NCBI GenBank assembly: GCA_965221905.1
Contig: OZ244922.1
Location: 2,816,001-2,880,000, forward strand
From: Chloroflexota bacterium
GTDB taxonomy: Bacteria > Chloroflexota > UBA11872 > VXOZ01
DNA length: 64,000 nucleotides
Direction: 5' to 3'
The stretch's first letter is position 1. Each line of letters begins with the position of its first letter. The translations under genes and the position numbers were made by a program. This document shows, piece after piece, positions 1 to 8,623 of the stretch. The notes below the pieces were generated by a model. The model worked only from the letters and a program-made list of their open reading frames with translations, ran no database searches and was not told the origin of the DNA.

Positions 1-264
1 TTGCTCTGAGAACGGTCTCTCATCCGGGATGCCGAATACGGTCCACCATTGCGGTGGACTGTACTGCGAGCCGTCTTGTTTCAAGCAGTTTACCCACCGG
101 ATCGACCCCTCCTGCACGTCGATGATTCCCTGGGAACGGTTCGACCAGGCATTCTGGATCTTCTCCTCCGGTCGTTCGCGCTCCGCCAGCGTGGCTCTAA
201 TGCCCAGCGCGTTCAAGGCAAGCGTCAGTTCATCTCTCGTCTTGTCCCGCAAGCGTTCCTTCAT
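1..264 (-). CDS. Hypothetical protein, partial (runs off window start)
   Basis: ATG at 264, open frame MKERLRDKTRDELTLALNALGIRATLAER... to position 1; 30 bp downstream of the SPFH gene on the same strand. Confidence 0.6.
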   Translation of the reverse strand, partial: MKERLRDKTRDELTLALNALGIRATLAERERPEEKIQNAWSNRSQGIIDVQEGSIRWVNCLKQDGSQYSPPQWWTVFGIPDERPFSEQ

Positions 265-294
265 CTATTATCTCTTGGTCAAGGCTGCTATTGG

Positions 295-1152
295 CTAGTT
301 GGAAGTGGTGTTGACCACGGGTTGGATGGCGTTTTCGCTGGTGAGGACGACGAGCAGATTGCTTACCAAGGCTGCCCGGCTCTTCTTGTCGAATTCGATG
401 ACTTCGCGTTCGGCAAGCATGCCGAGCGCGTTTTCGACCATACCCACGGCCCCTTCAACGATCTTCTGGCGGGCGGCGATTACGGCGTCGGCCTGCTGGC
501 GACGCAGCATGACGGCGGCAATCTCCGGTGCATACGCCAGGTGGCTAACTCTCGCCTCCAGCACCTCCACGCCGGCTTGCGCCAGACGCTCCTGAATCTC
601 GGTCTTGAGCTGATCTGAAACCTCCGCGGTGTGGGTGACGAGGCTAACCTCTTCTTCTTCGTGCGCGTCGTAGGCGTAGCCGGTCGCCAAGTTGCGCACC
701 GCCGCTTCGCTCTGCACGTGGACGTAGTTCTCGTAATCGTCCACTTGGAACGAGGCCTCGGCCGTATCCACCACCTGCCAAACGACGACGGCTGCAATCT
801 CAATGGGGTTGCCGCGGCGGTCATTCACCTTGACCCGACCGGTCTCGAAATTACGCACACGCAACGAAATTCGCGCTTTGCTGTAGAACGGATTGGTATA
901 GCGCAAGCCGGGCTTGCGGGCCGTGCCACGGTACGCCCCAAAGAGTTGGAGCACCTTTCCCTCATTGGGCGCGACTTTGAAAAATCCAAATACGCCGATT
1001 TTGAGCGCGAAAAAAATGATGATCGGCAAGACGAGCAGCAAGGACTCCATTGCTATCAAGACGACAAATCCAGCAATGTCTGCAAGCAGCAGCACGAGCC
1101 AAAGGACGAGCAATCCTATACCGGGAAGGCCGTCACGACGATTCTCTTGCAT
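295..1152 (-). CDS. SPFH/band 7 domain membrane protein
   Basis: Two N-terminal TM segments; GNPIEIAAVVVW, HLAYAPEIA and MLRRQQA motifs typical of bacterial SPFH proteins. Confidence 0.9.
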   Translation of the reverse strand: MQENRRDGLPGIGLLVLWLVLLLADIAGFVVLIAMESLLLVLPIIIFFALKIGVFGFFKVAPNEGKVLQLFGAYRGTARKPGLRYTNPFYSKARISLRVRNFETGRVKVNDRRGNPIEIAAVVVWQVVDTAEASFQVDDYENYVHVQSEAAVRNLATGYAYDAHEEEEVSLVTHTAEVSDQLKTEIQERLAQAGVEVLEARVSHLAYAPEIAAVMLRRQQADAVIAARQKIVEGAVGMVENALGMLAEREVIEFDKKSRAALVSNLLVVLTSENAIQPVVNTTSN

Positions 1153-1198
1153 CGTTCAATTACCCTTTCAGTGCGGTGAGTTCGGTTACCTGATAGTC

Positions 1199-3310
1199 TT
1201 ACGAAATTCCGCGGTCTATCCAGACTGCCGCATAGAATTCTAACCGCGGGAGACGAACGCTCAGTTTACCGTCTGTGTAATTGGTTTCAAGCGCGCTGCC
1301 ATGCAAATCCCACGCCGACGTTGTCCGGTCGTTCGGCAAGGGTATGTGAAGAGTAATGTCATGCACCGGCGCTACGTGGCGAAAATAGCCGCGACTGGTA
1401 AGTGTAGCAGATAGATTGACAAAAAAGAACACGGATTGGCCCGCGGGCGCTTCTCGCCCCATGACGAGGACAGTGGGCGGCGCGTTCTCAACAGTGAATG
1501 GTAACGCTCCACCCACGTGCCGAATACACTTGACGAGCAACTGATTCAACTCGTCACAGGATTCTCTTGCTGCTGCGCACTCGACGGGCGCGGCGAAATA
1601 GACCACGTTGCCGTGTACCGTTGCTAACGGCATCTGCGGAACACCCGCAAAGGGCATCCGGCGGTTGAAGAGCGCGGTGTTTATCAGCGCTTGGTCGAAA
1701 TCTAGCACATCGGCAACTACCGTAGTGCCTGTAAGCGGCTCCGCTTGCACGACAGGCGCTTCGAAGTCCAGTCGCACGCCGGTCAAATCGTCCATGAACG
1801 CGGGCGCGTCATTCCGAACCCGCCCGTAGAAAAAGTCGCTCGCATGCTGACTCGGTACCGGGACGTGTGGTGAGAGATCGGCAACTTGACGGTGATGCGA
1901 CAGCGTATCAAAGCGGGTCACGCCAAGGAGATCACGTAGGGGATCAATGGCAGTGCCGTCTGATTTCGGTTCCGGCGCACTGCCCGTTCCCAGCCCGGTG
2001 CGATAACTTGCCAACAGGCCGCCTCCCTCTGCGACGAATTCCTCCACCTTTGCCACAATCGCCGCAGGTAAGACCTCCGCATTGCCCAGCAGCAGGCACG
2101 CATAGTCGCTGAGCGCACCGCAAGCAATGTCATCTTCGGTAACGATGGCGAACGGAATGTGCTCCTCGCACAGCAAGCGGTACCAACCATAGAAGCTAGC
2201 ATCATAGGCTTCGCCGCGTTGCCTTTGCGTTGCATGCGAGTGCAAGAGCGCAGCATAGCGTATTGGCGCCGTATCCACCGCCTCGGCATGGACGTTGCTT
2301 AACTCACGCAGCGCCGTGAAGAGCCGCCGGCGCTTTGGCTCCGGGTCGGTATCGAGCGCATCTTGATCGCGGAAGACAATCGGGTTGCCATTCGCCACCG
2401 CTGCCGCCGACTGCACAATGCCGTGCACGAGCGGCACGGAGCGCGGGGTGTAGTTGTCGTACTTCACTTCGCCATAGGCAGGAGCACCGCCGTACCGCTC
2501 GGTTAGTGTCCGGTCGGCCATTACCCCAATCGTGTCCCGCGAACCGTGACCGCCTTCAGTGCGGGTGCCAGCGACCACTTCCGGCAGAAATCCGTCAACA
2601 ATACCACGTCCCAAGCGTGCCCGGGGTCCGACGAGGTGGTTTGCGACAAGCGCAGTATCGGGACGGATTTCATTGATGACATGGCGTACGTTGCGAAGAA
2701 AGGCTACGCGCTTGGCATCGGCAAACTCCTCCAACTCCCGCTCGTTAGGATTCCCCCAGTAGATGTGGCCGTAGCGATAGCTTGCGGGCGTATCGGCTGA
2801 GAACGGAAGCTCTTTTCCGTAAATCTCTGCGAACTGCTGGCGACAGTACGCACAGTAACAGCCCGTCATCAACTGATCGAAATAGATGCCGTCTACCGCA
2901 TAGTTGGTCAATACTTCGCGCACCTGCGCAAAGACAAAGTCACGAAGCGGCCCATTATAACAAACCAATATGAACGGGCTGCCATCCGGGCCGCGTACAA
3001 TCCAGTCGGGATGTTCGCGAGCCTGCAGCGCATTGCCTGGCAGCGTTCCCAGCCAACACGCTATAAGCCTATTGCCACGATTGTGGTTCTCTGCGACAAG
3101 GGCTTCGAGCAGATCAAAGGCGAGACCCGGGGAGCGAGGCGCTAGGCTGCTATCGTAGATAACCGCGCCGCCGACTTGCACCATGTACTGGTGCACGGTC
3201 GCGCCCATCTCCACCATCTTCACCGCTTGGTGTCGGGCGTAGTCCCGCGTAACCGGACGATCCACGGTGAGCCAATCGAGATAGGCCGTTCCTGCTTGCA
3301 GCCACTTCAT
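1199..3310 (-). CDS. Putative glycoside hydrolase (GHL6/GH42-like TIM barrel + beta-galactosidase trimerization domain)
   Basis: HPDW, VDGIYFD, CYCxxC Zn motif, HIPF..V, FVAEGGGLLA trimerization-like segment. Confidence 0.7.
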   Translation of the reverse strand: MKWLQAGTAYLDWLTVDRPVTRDYARHQAVKMVEMGATVHQYMVQVGGAVIYDSSLAPRSPGLAFDLLEALVAENHNRGNRLIACWLGTLPGNALQAREHPDWIVRGPDGSPFILVCYNGPLRDFVFAQVREVLTNYAVDGIYFDQLMTGCYCAYCRQQFAEIYGKELPFSADTPASYRYGHIYWGNPNERELEEFADAKRVAFLRNVRHVINEIRPDTALVANHLVGPRARLGRGIVDGFLPEVVAGTRTEGGHGSRDTIGVMADRTLTERYGGAPAYGEVKYDNYTPRSVPLVHGIVQSAAAVANGNPIVFRDQDALDTDPEPKRRRLFTALRELSNVHAEAVDTAPIRYAALLHSHATQRQRGEAYDASFYGWYRLLCEEHIPFAIVTEDDIACGALSDYACLLLGNAEVLPAAIVAKVEEFVAEGGGLLASYRTGLGTGSAPEPKSDGTAIDPLRDLLGVTRFDTLSHHRQVADLSPHVPVPSQHASDFFYGRVRNDAPAFMDDLTGVRLDFEAPVVQAEPLTGTTVVADVLDFDQALINTALFNRRMPFAGVPQMPLATVHGNVVYFAAPVECAAARESCDELNQLLVKCIRHVGGALPFTVENAPPTVLVMGREAPAGQSVFFFVNLSATLTSRGYFRHVAPVHDITLHIPLPNDRTTSAWDLHGSALETNYTDGKLSVRLPRLEFYAAVWIDRGIS

Positions 3311-3336
3311 GCCGTCATCTTTCTATCAGATTCTGA

Positions 3337-4362
3337 TCATGCACGAACAAAAGTAATGTCAATAGTCGCGCCGGCCTGCACCCTGCAGGTAAAGCGTATC
3401 CGCCGTTCGCCGTCCGGAGAGACACTCACGGCTCCATCCGGCCCCTGCACCTGCACGGGACCGTGGTCATCTGCAAAAGTCACGAGAAACGTTAACTCAC
3501 CGTCCTCGATCTGTGTCGGAAGTTGCGGGAAATCAACATTGATAGAGGCACGAGAGTCCGACTCTTGCTCGATGGCAGCCGCGCAATGGCGTCGCAAGTA
3601 GGCATAGCGCACCACGTCGTCCGGATTTGCAGCCCACATTCTGTCGCCAAAGATCGTGCGCATCTGATCGAATCGCCCCTCCAGCGCGCTTGGTGAAATG
3701 CACTTGTGCCCCTGCGGTGTCTTGTAGAGTACCAAGTGCGTGACGTCTACCAGCCACTGCCCCTGCACCCGCTCCGGCTCGAACCCGCCACGCGAGAGCC
3801 ACGTAGGCAGGTATTCTATTTCGTCGTCCTCGCACAGGCGGTTGCGCCAGATGCTGAATGGATCGAAGTCCGGCTGGTTTATGTGTTCAGCGTCGTTGGA
3901 GGCACGTGTCAGACCGAGATAGCCCGGCACACGCCTCACCCACGCCCGCACCGTGTCGTAGACTTCGAAGCTGTTCCAAGAGGAAAAAATCGGCGCCGGT
4001 TGGCCGAGCGCCTGTTCCAAGATGTGGTAGGACTCCACAATCTCCTGCCTGAAGTCAATGCTATCGGGGTCGCGCAAAGGGGGATGGCAAAAGCTGTGAT
4101 TGCTTATGCTCCAGCCCTGCGACAAGAGGAACCTCAGATGCTCCGGCCCCATGTGGAAGTAGTCGTTCAGCGAACTACGCTCAACGTGGCGCTTCTCACC
4201 CAGTTGACCCGCCACCACCGCCACGTCGCCGGGGATGCCATACTGCTGACCAATGGGAAACGCATTCGCCAGACAATCGATGGTTCCTTCATCAAACACC
4301 ACCGAATAGACGAATGTTGCGTCATCTTTCCAGGGCGCAATCTCAACTGACGAAATTCTCAT
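3337..4362 (-). CDS. Polysaccharide deacetylase (NodB-like) family protein
   Basis: SVVFDEG motif 1 and SNHSFCH motif 2. Confidence 0.65.
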   Translation of the reverse strand: MRISSVEIAPWKDDATFVYSVVFDEGTIDCLANAFPIGQQYGIPGDVAVVAGQLGEKRHVERSSLNDYFHMGPEHLRFLLSQGWSISNHSFCHPPLRDPDSIDFRQEIVESYHILEQALGQPAPIFSSWNSFEVYDTVRAWVRRVPGYLGLTRASNDAEHINQPDFDPFSIWRNRLCEDDEIEYLPTWLSRGGFEPERVQGQWLVDVTHLVLYKTPQGHKCISPSALEGRFDQMRTIFGDRMWAANPDDVVRYAYLRRHCAAAIEQESDSRASINVDFPQLPTQIEDGELTFLVTFADDHGPVQVQGPDGAVSVSPDGERRIRFTCRVQAGATIDITFVRA

Positions 4363-4574
4363 CGCAACTCCTTCACCCCCGTGAGCTACTTGTCCCTACC
4401 AGCATATCGCTAAAGGAAGCTAAACTGAGATTCTCTCCATATACCTTGAGACTAGCCACTTGAGGCGGTCTTGCTCCGGTAGCGCAGGCTTACAACCTGC
4501 GTCTGCTGCCACAATGCCGCACTAGGACGGCTTCGTCGTTGATTCGGGACAGAATCCCATTCAGCCCACGCCTC

Positions 4575-4602
4575 CTGGACTCCGGCTTTCGCCGGAGTGA
4601 CG
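4575..4602 (-). repeat. CGTC-type palindromic repeat (family A), copy a
   Basis: Minus strand CGTCACTCCGGCGAAAGCCGGAGTCCAG hairpin; six related copies in window. Confidence 0.9.
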
Positions 4603-4646
4603 ATAAGCCGTCTCTCTCCTTTCCGCCCGCTTCGCATCTCTCAGAA

Positions 4647-5987
4647 TCAGGATATCCGCGCAGAATCGTAGACGCCCGCCATGCCAAGGTCCAGCGGGTT
4701 TACTTGCACCCAGACCTCGTCCGGCATGGTATCCCCTTCCAGTTCAAGCGAAACCGAGACTCGCTCAAGACCGGGCGCCGGTGCAATGAGATGTCCTATT
4801 TGACGCCGGATCAGTATATTCGATTCTTCGCGATTAGCCGCAGGGTCGGCAGCCGACTTGGGATCGCCGTTGAAGGCGACCGTCAGCATCCGGGCGACAT
4901 CAAAAGCGCCGGTGTTTTCCACAACAATGTCTGCCACAAGCCGACCATCGTCTCGGCGTACCTGTGAAGACGCCGTGTCAATGTGCAATCCTGGTGAAAG
5001 CTCCTGCGGCCTGAGCGAAACGGCCCGGTACGCATCGAAGATGCCATGTCCGAGCAAGGGGTCCCAGCCATTGCCCTGTGACGTGTTGCGCAGTATTTGG
5101 CGAATTTCCCGATTGGAGAGGTGCGGAAAGCGCGAGAAGGCCAGCGCCGCCACGCCGCCGCCAAAGGCAGACGCCATGCACCCGCCCTGGAAAGGAATGT
5201 AGTCGTGGTCGCCGCCGGTGCCCCAAATTGAGTCGGTAGGGTCATCCGTATCGCGTTCGCCGCCGGGCGTCGCCGCTTCCGCATAGTCTGCCGAGGCCGC
5301 GATATTCGCCGCCAAGTCGTGTTTATTCGTCGAGCCGACGGCGAAGACGCTATCCAAACCGGCATTTACCGTCGCTACCCGGCGTCCGCGATTGTCAGCA
5401 GTGCCTTTGAAGATCAGGCAGCCCGACTGGTAGGCGTAGTCGAGCGCCTCGATCAGGCCGATGTTGTCGTACGGATAGCTGAAATCTGTACCCTTATAGA
5501 ACAATGGGACACCGTCGTCGTGGTTCAGCGTGATGTACCCGTGGGGCATTACGAGCACCTTAGCTCCATGGTCGACCGCATAGCGCACGGCGCGCGGCCA
5601 ACTCTTTTGGTGGTGCGGCTCGTACCCCACGCGCAGAATCATGATAGGACACTTGGGAGCGGTCGCCGCTACCTCTCCCACCACAAACGCATGGTGTCCG
5701 CGAAGATACATCGTATCCGAGCGGGACCCTTCGTATTCGAGTGTGGCGTCTTCCTCGGCAAAGTCCCAGCCGTGGACGTCACCCCGCGTGGGGCGCGGAT
5801 TCACCCACAAGTGACCCTCATGATCGGGATGGAAGCGATAGCCCAAATCAATCACCGCCACTACCACGTCAGGGCTGCCCTGCGTAATGGCGTGGGCCTC
5901 CGGCACACGCATCTGATCGAGCGCCCAATCATACGGCTCGCGCACGCCCTCCGGCAGCACACCGCTCTGCTTCTCGGCAATAGCCAT
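4647..5987 (-). CDS. S8 (subtilisin-like) peptidase homolog with Cys at the nucleophile position
   Basis: VAVIDLG (Asp), RGHHAFVVG (His), ADN (oxyanion Asn), QGGCMAS in place of GTSMA, terminal GHGIFDA; no signal peptide. Confidence 0.8.
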   Translation of the reverse strand: MAIAEKQSGVLPEGVREPYDWALDQMRVPEAHAITQGSPDVVVAVIDLGYRFHPDHEGHLWVNPRPTRGDVHGWDFAEEDATLEYEGSRSDTMYLRGHHAFVVGEVAATAPKCPIMILRVGYEPHHQKSWPRAVRYAVDHGAKVLVMPHGYITLNHDDGVPLFYKGTDFSYPYDNIGLIEALDYAYQSGCLIFKGTADNRGRRVATVNAGLDSVFAVGSTNKHDLAANIAASADYAEAATPGGERDTDDPTDSIWGTGGDHDYIPFQGGCMASAFGGGVAALAFSRFPHLSNREIRQILRNTSQGNGWDPLLGHGIFDAYRAVSLRPQELSPGLHIDTASSQVRRDDGRLVADIVVENTGAFDVARMLTVAFNGDPKSAADPAANREESNILIRRQIGHLIAPAPGLERVSVSLELEGDTMPDEVWVQVNPLDLGMAGVYDSARIS

Positions 5988-6061
5988 TCTTGTCTCCTTT
6001 CGTACAGTCTCACTTCAGCCGAATTCGTTATTCCGGTTGAGCATATCGGGTCGACTCTGTC

Positions 6062-6089
6062 CGTCATTCCGGCGTAAGCCGGAATCCAG
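6062..6089 (+). repeat. CGTC-type palindromic repeat (family A), copy b
   Basis: CGTCATTCCGGCGTAAGCCGGAATCCAG. Confidence 0.9.
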
Positions 6090-6217
6090 TCCGCTCCATT
6101 AGGGCATTCGGGCGCTCACCGGAACCGGGATTGCCCCCTAGTGATACCTGCAGGAAATGTTAAACCCTATCCCCTCGGTCCATAATTCCGGTGCAAGCCG
6201 AAATCCTGTCTTCATAC

Positions 6218-7351
6218 TCACACAATAGCGACTTCCTGCGGGATCGTCCCCAAGCGCTCAAACCCATCGCTCCTCAGCACATACATGTCCTCCTCCAGCC
6301 AGGAGGACTCCAGAGAGACCACGTTGCCTTCCGCAAACGAAATCTCCGGCCTCACATCAACGGCAGAGGGCAGCAAGCTGCCTATCAACGGTTCCTCGTG
6401 CTTATCCATGCCCACGCCGTGAATCCACCACGAGTACTCCTCCGTATCGCTGAACTCGCGTTGGCAGGCATCGAATACTTCGCGCTTGGTCTTCCCCGGA
6501 CGCACGAATTCTTCCATGAAGAGTTGGCGCTCGCGGTGATTCTGCCAGACGGCCAGGCTCTCCTTGCGCGGCGTACCCACACAGAAGTTGAATTTTTGAT
6601 CGGAAAAGTAGCCGGCGGCGATAGCGGCAAGGTCGACGCGGTACACCAACCCCGCTTCCACCACGCCGGGACCGCGGATCACCGCTGCACCCGGCTGATC
6701 CCGCGAGCTGGAACCGGCGTGGGGCAGCATCCACGACACCGGAGACGTATTGATGGGCAAGGCACCGTTATCAAGCACTGACTTCGCCCATACCGTCACG
6801 AGGTCTTGAAACGTGATGCCCACACGCACCTCCCGCAGCATTTCTCGGTATCCAGATTCGGAGGCGGCAATTGCTTTGCGTAGCCATTGAATCTCCTGTG
6901 GCGTCTTGCGCGCCCGCGCGTCGGCAAGCAAGAGATCGGCGGAGACAAACGTGGCTTCCGGCAGCAGTTCTCTAAGCCGCTCCAAATCGCTCACCGCGGC
7001 AAAGTCCATGTCCAGACCGATACGCGCCCGTGCCAGGCCGCGTTGGCGCATCTCATCCGCCAGCGCCGTCAAACGCGCCGCACGGGTGTGGTCGGGCCCT
7101 AAGCTGTCAACCGGCAAGTCTGTATCCCGGAATCGACTGCCGAACGTAAACGACCGATCGGGAGGTATAAGGCACGTCATCCATGGCGCTAAGCCCTGCG
7201 GCTCATTGAGCCACGGGCCCTCGCTAATTGCACCCGCCAAATAAGCGCAATTCCGCATGCCCAGGACAAGCAGCGCGTCAAACTGCTGCTCCGCCATAGA
7301 CTGTGTTATGCGCACAAAGTCAGCCATGCTCGACACCCAAGTCAATCCCAA
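6218..7351 (-). CDS. M24 family metallopeptidase (Xaa-Pro aminopeptidase-like)
   Basis: Creatinase-like N-domain, RARKTPQEI, metal ligands VD..GYFSD, HGVG..HE, E..EE; start may be slightly downstream. Confidence 0.8.
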   Translation of the reverse strand: MGLTWVSSMADFVRITQSMAEQQFDALLVLGMRNCAYLAGAISEGPWLNEPQGLAPWMTCLIPPDRSFTFGSRFRDTDLPVDSLGPDHTRAARLTALADEMRQRGLARARIGLDMDFAAVSDLERLRELLPEATFVSADLLLADARARKTPQEIQWLRKAIAASESGYREMLREVRVGITFQDLVTVWAKSVLDNGALPINTSPVSWMLPHAGSSSRDQPGAAVIRGPGVVEAGLVYRVDLAAIAAGYFSDQKFNFCVGTPRKESLAVWQNHRERQLFMEEFVRPGKTKREVFDACQREFSDTEEYSWWIHGVGMDKHEEPLIGSLLPSAVDVRPEISFAEGNVVSLESSWLEEDMYVLRSDGFERLGTIPQEVAIV

Positions 7352-7464
7352 GAAATGTTCACGCCTTGCCGAGAGACAAATTCCGCCGGAGAAACTGGAC
7401 TGGTCGGTCAGTATTCATTGGCCATGCCACTCCTACACATCGAATAGGCCCAGCATACGGGGCT

Positions 7465-8544
7465 CTATTGACTCTCCCATAGCTCCTTATAGGCCGCATA
7501 TGCGGCTCGCGTCAGTTCGCCCAACTTGTCACTGCGCGCCTCCCAGTCGCTCACTGAGCGAAATGAGAACAGGATCTCTTCCGTCACCCGGTCCGTTACC
7601 TGTGCGCTACGTGGGGTGCGCGTCTCATATGGCATTTCTTGAGCATCCAGCTGATCGAAACTCTCCTTGCAGAGATCAATTGCCCAAGGATAGAATCGCA
7701 CCTTGACGGAATTCTGCCCCTTGTCTACTTCAATGGACGAGAAAGCATTATAGGAATAGCCTCCCGCTTCAGTCGGTTTAGACAGGTAGTAAGTAATTCC
7801 TGTCTTTCTTGGTTCTGGATAGGGATCCGAATACTTCCCTTGTACAATTTCCTTCCAGGACGTAGAGAACATCTCACGCGCAGCAGCCACTAGGTCGTCT
7901 ACGCCCACCTCCCTAGCTAGACTCTTTAGCGAACGCCATAGCTCCTCCCGCGATCTGCCAGGAGCAACCTCTTCTTTCGCAGCCACCTGCACCTGTTTGG
8001 CTAGCAAGGTTTTGCCAAGATATTCAAACCCGTAGAAAGTAAGCAAGGAGATGTCTATGCCGTGCTCGGCCAGATAGTCCACCATGCGCCGAGTTGCGTC
8101 ATCCGTTCCAAGTCCAACTAGGTACATTCGGAGTGGCCGCAGCGAGTCCAGCGAGCCCCTGAACCCTTCCCTGTACCATTCCACAAAGTCGTCGATCTTC
8201 TCTATTTCAGAATGGCCGGAGTTTTCAGTGATAAGGGCTGCCAATTCGCTCTCGCTCATGGCTTCAAGTGCAGAGCCATAGTCTATTACCTGCGCCACCG
8301 CCTCTCGGGATAGCGTGCCGCGCTTTAGCTCGAAAACCACGAGCCTGCCTTCACCATCTAATCCGAGTATATCCAGGAATCCGTCACCTACAGGTGTTTG
8401 GCGACCTATCAACTTTAGGTTCGGCTGCAACATCTCTGGATGCGCGACGAGCGTGTCCTCCAGACTACTCTCCAAGTCCATCGCTGTACGCTCTAATCGC
8501 ACTATCTGAGAGTCTTCAATTGCCCAGACCTCAATTTCATCCAT
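7465..8544 (-). CDS. NucS/DUF91-like PD-(D/E)XK endonuclease domain protein
   Basis: LE..L..HP, IGRQ, LDILGLD, VVFELKRG, AVAQVIDY; GAGG RBS before ATG 8544; visibly AT-richer than neighbours. Confidence 0.75.
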   Translation of the reverse strand: MDEIEVWAIEDSQIVRLERTAMDLESSLEDTLVAHPEMLQPNLKLIGRQTPVGDGFLDILGLDGEGRLVVFELKRGTLSREAVAQVIDYGSALEAMSESELAALITENSGHSEIEKIDDFVEWYREGFRGSLDSLRPLRMYLVGLGTDDATRRMVDYLAEHGIDISLLTFYGFEYLGKTLLAKQVQVAAKEEVAPGRSREELWRSLKSLAREVGVDDLVAAAREMFSTSWKEIVQGKYSDPYPEPRKTGITYYLSKPTEAGGYSYNAFSSIEVDKGQNSVKVRFYPWAIDLCKESFDQLDAQEMPYETRTPRSAQVTDRVTEEILFSFRSVSDWEARSDKLGELTRAAYAAYKELWESQ

Positions 8545-8595
8545 TTGCAACCTCAATGATGATGGGAATCGTACCCACAAAGACGTCAATCGTCA

Positions 8596-8623
8596 CTAGA
8601 CTCCGGCTTTCGCCGGAGTGACG
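8596..8623 (-). repeat. CGTC-type palindromic repeat (family A), copy c, inside CDS 3' end
   Basis: Minus strand CGTCACTCCGGCGAAAGCCGGAGTCTAG encodes VTPAKAGV-stop. Confidence 0.9.

Noticed and set aside
6218-7351. Creatinase completing a creatinine pathway with the creatininase and sarcosine oxidase
   Set aside because: It retains M24 metal ligands, so it is peptidase-like, and the genes are not linked.
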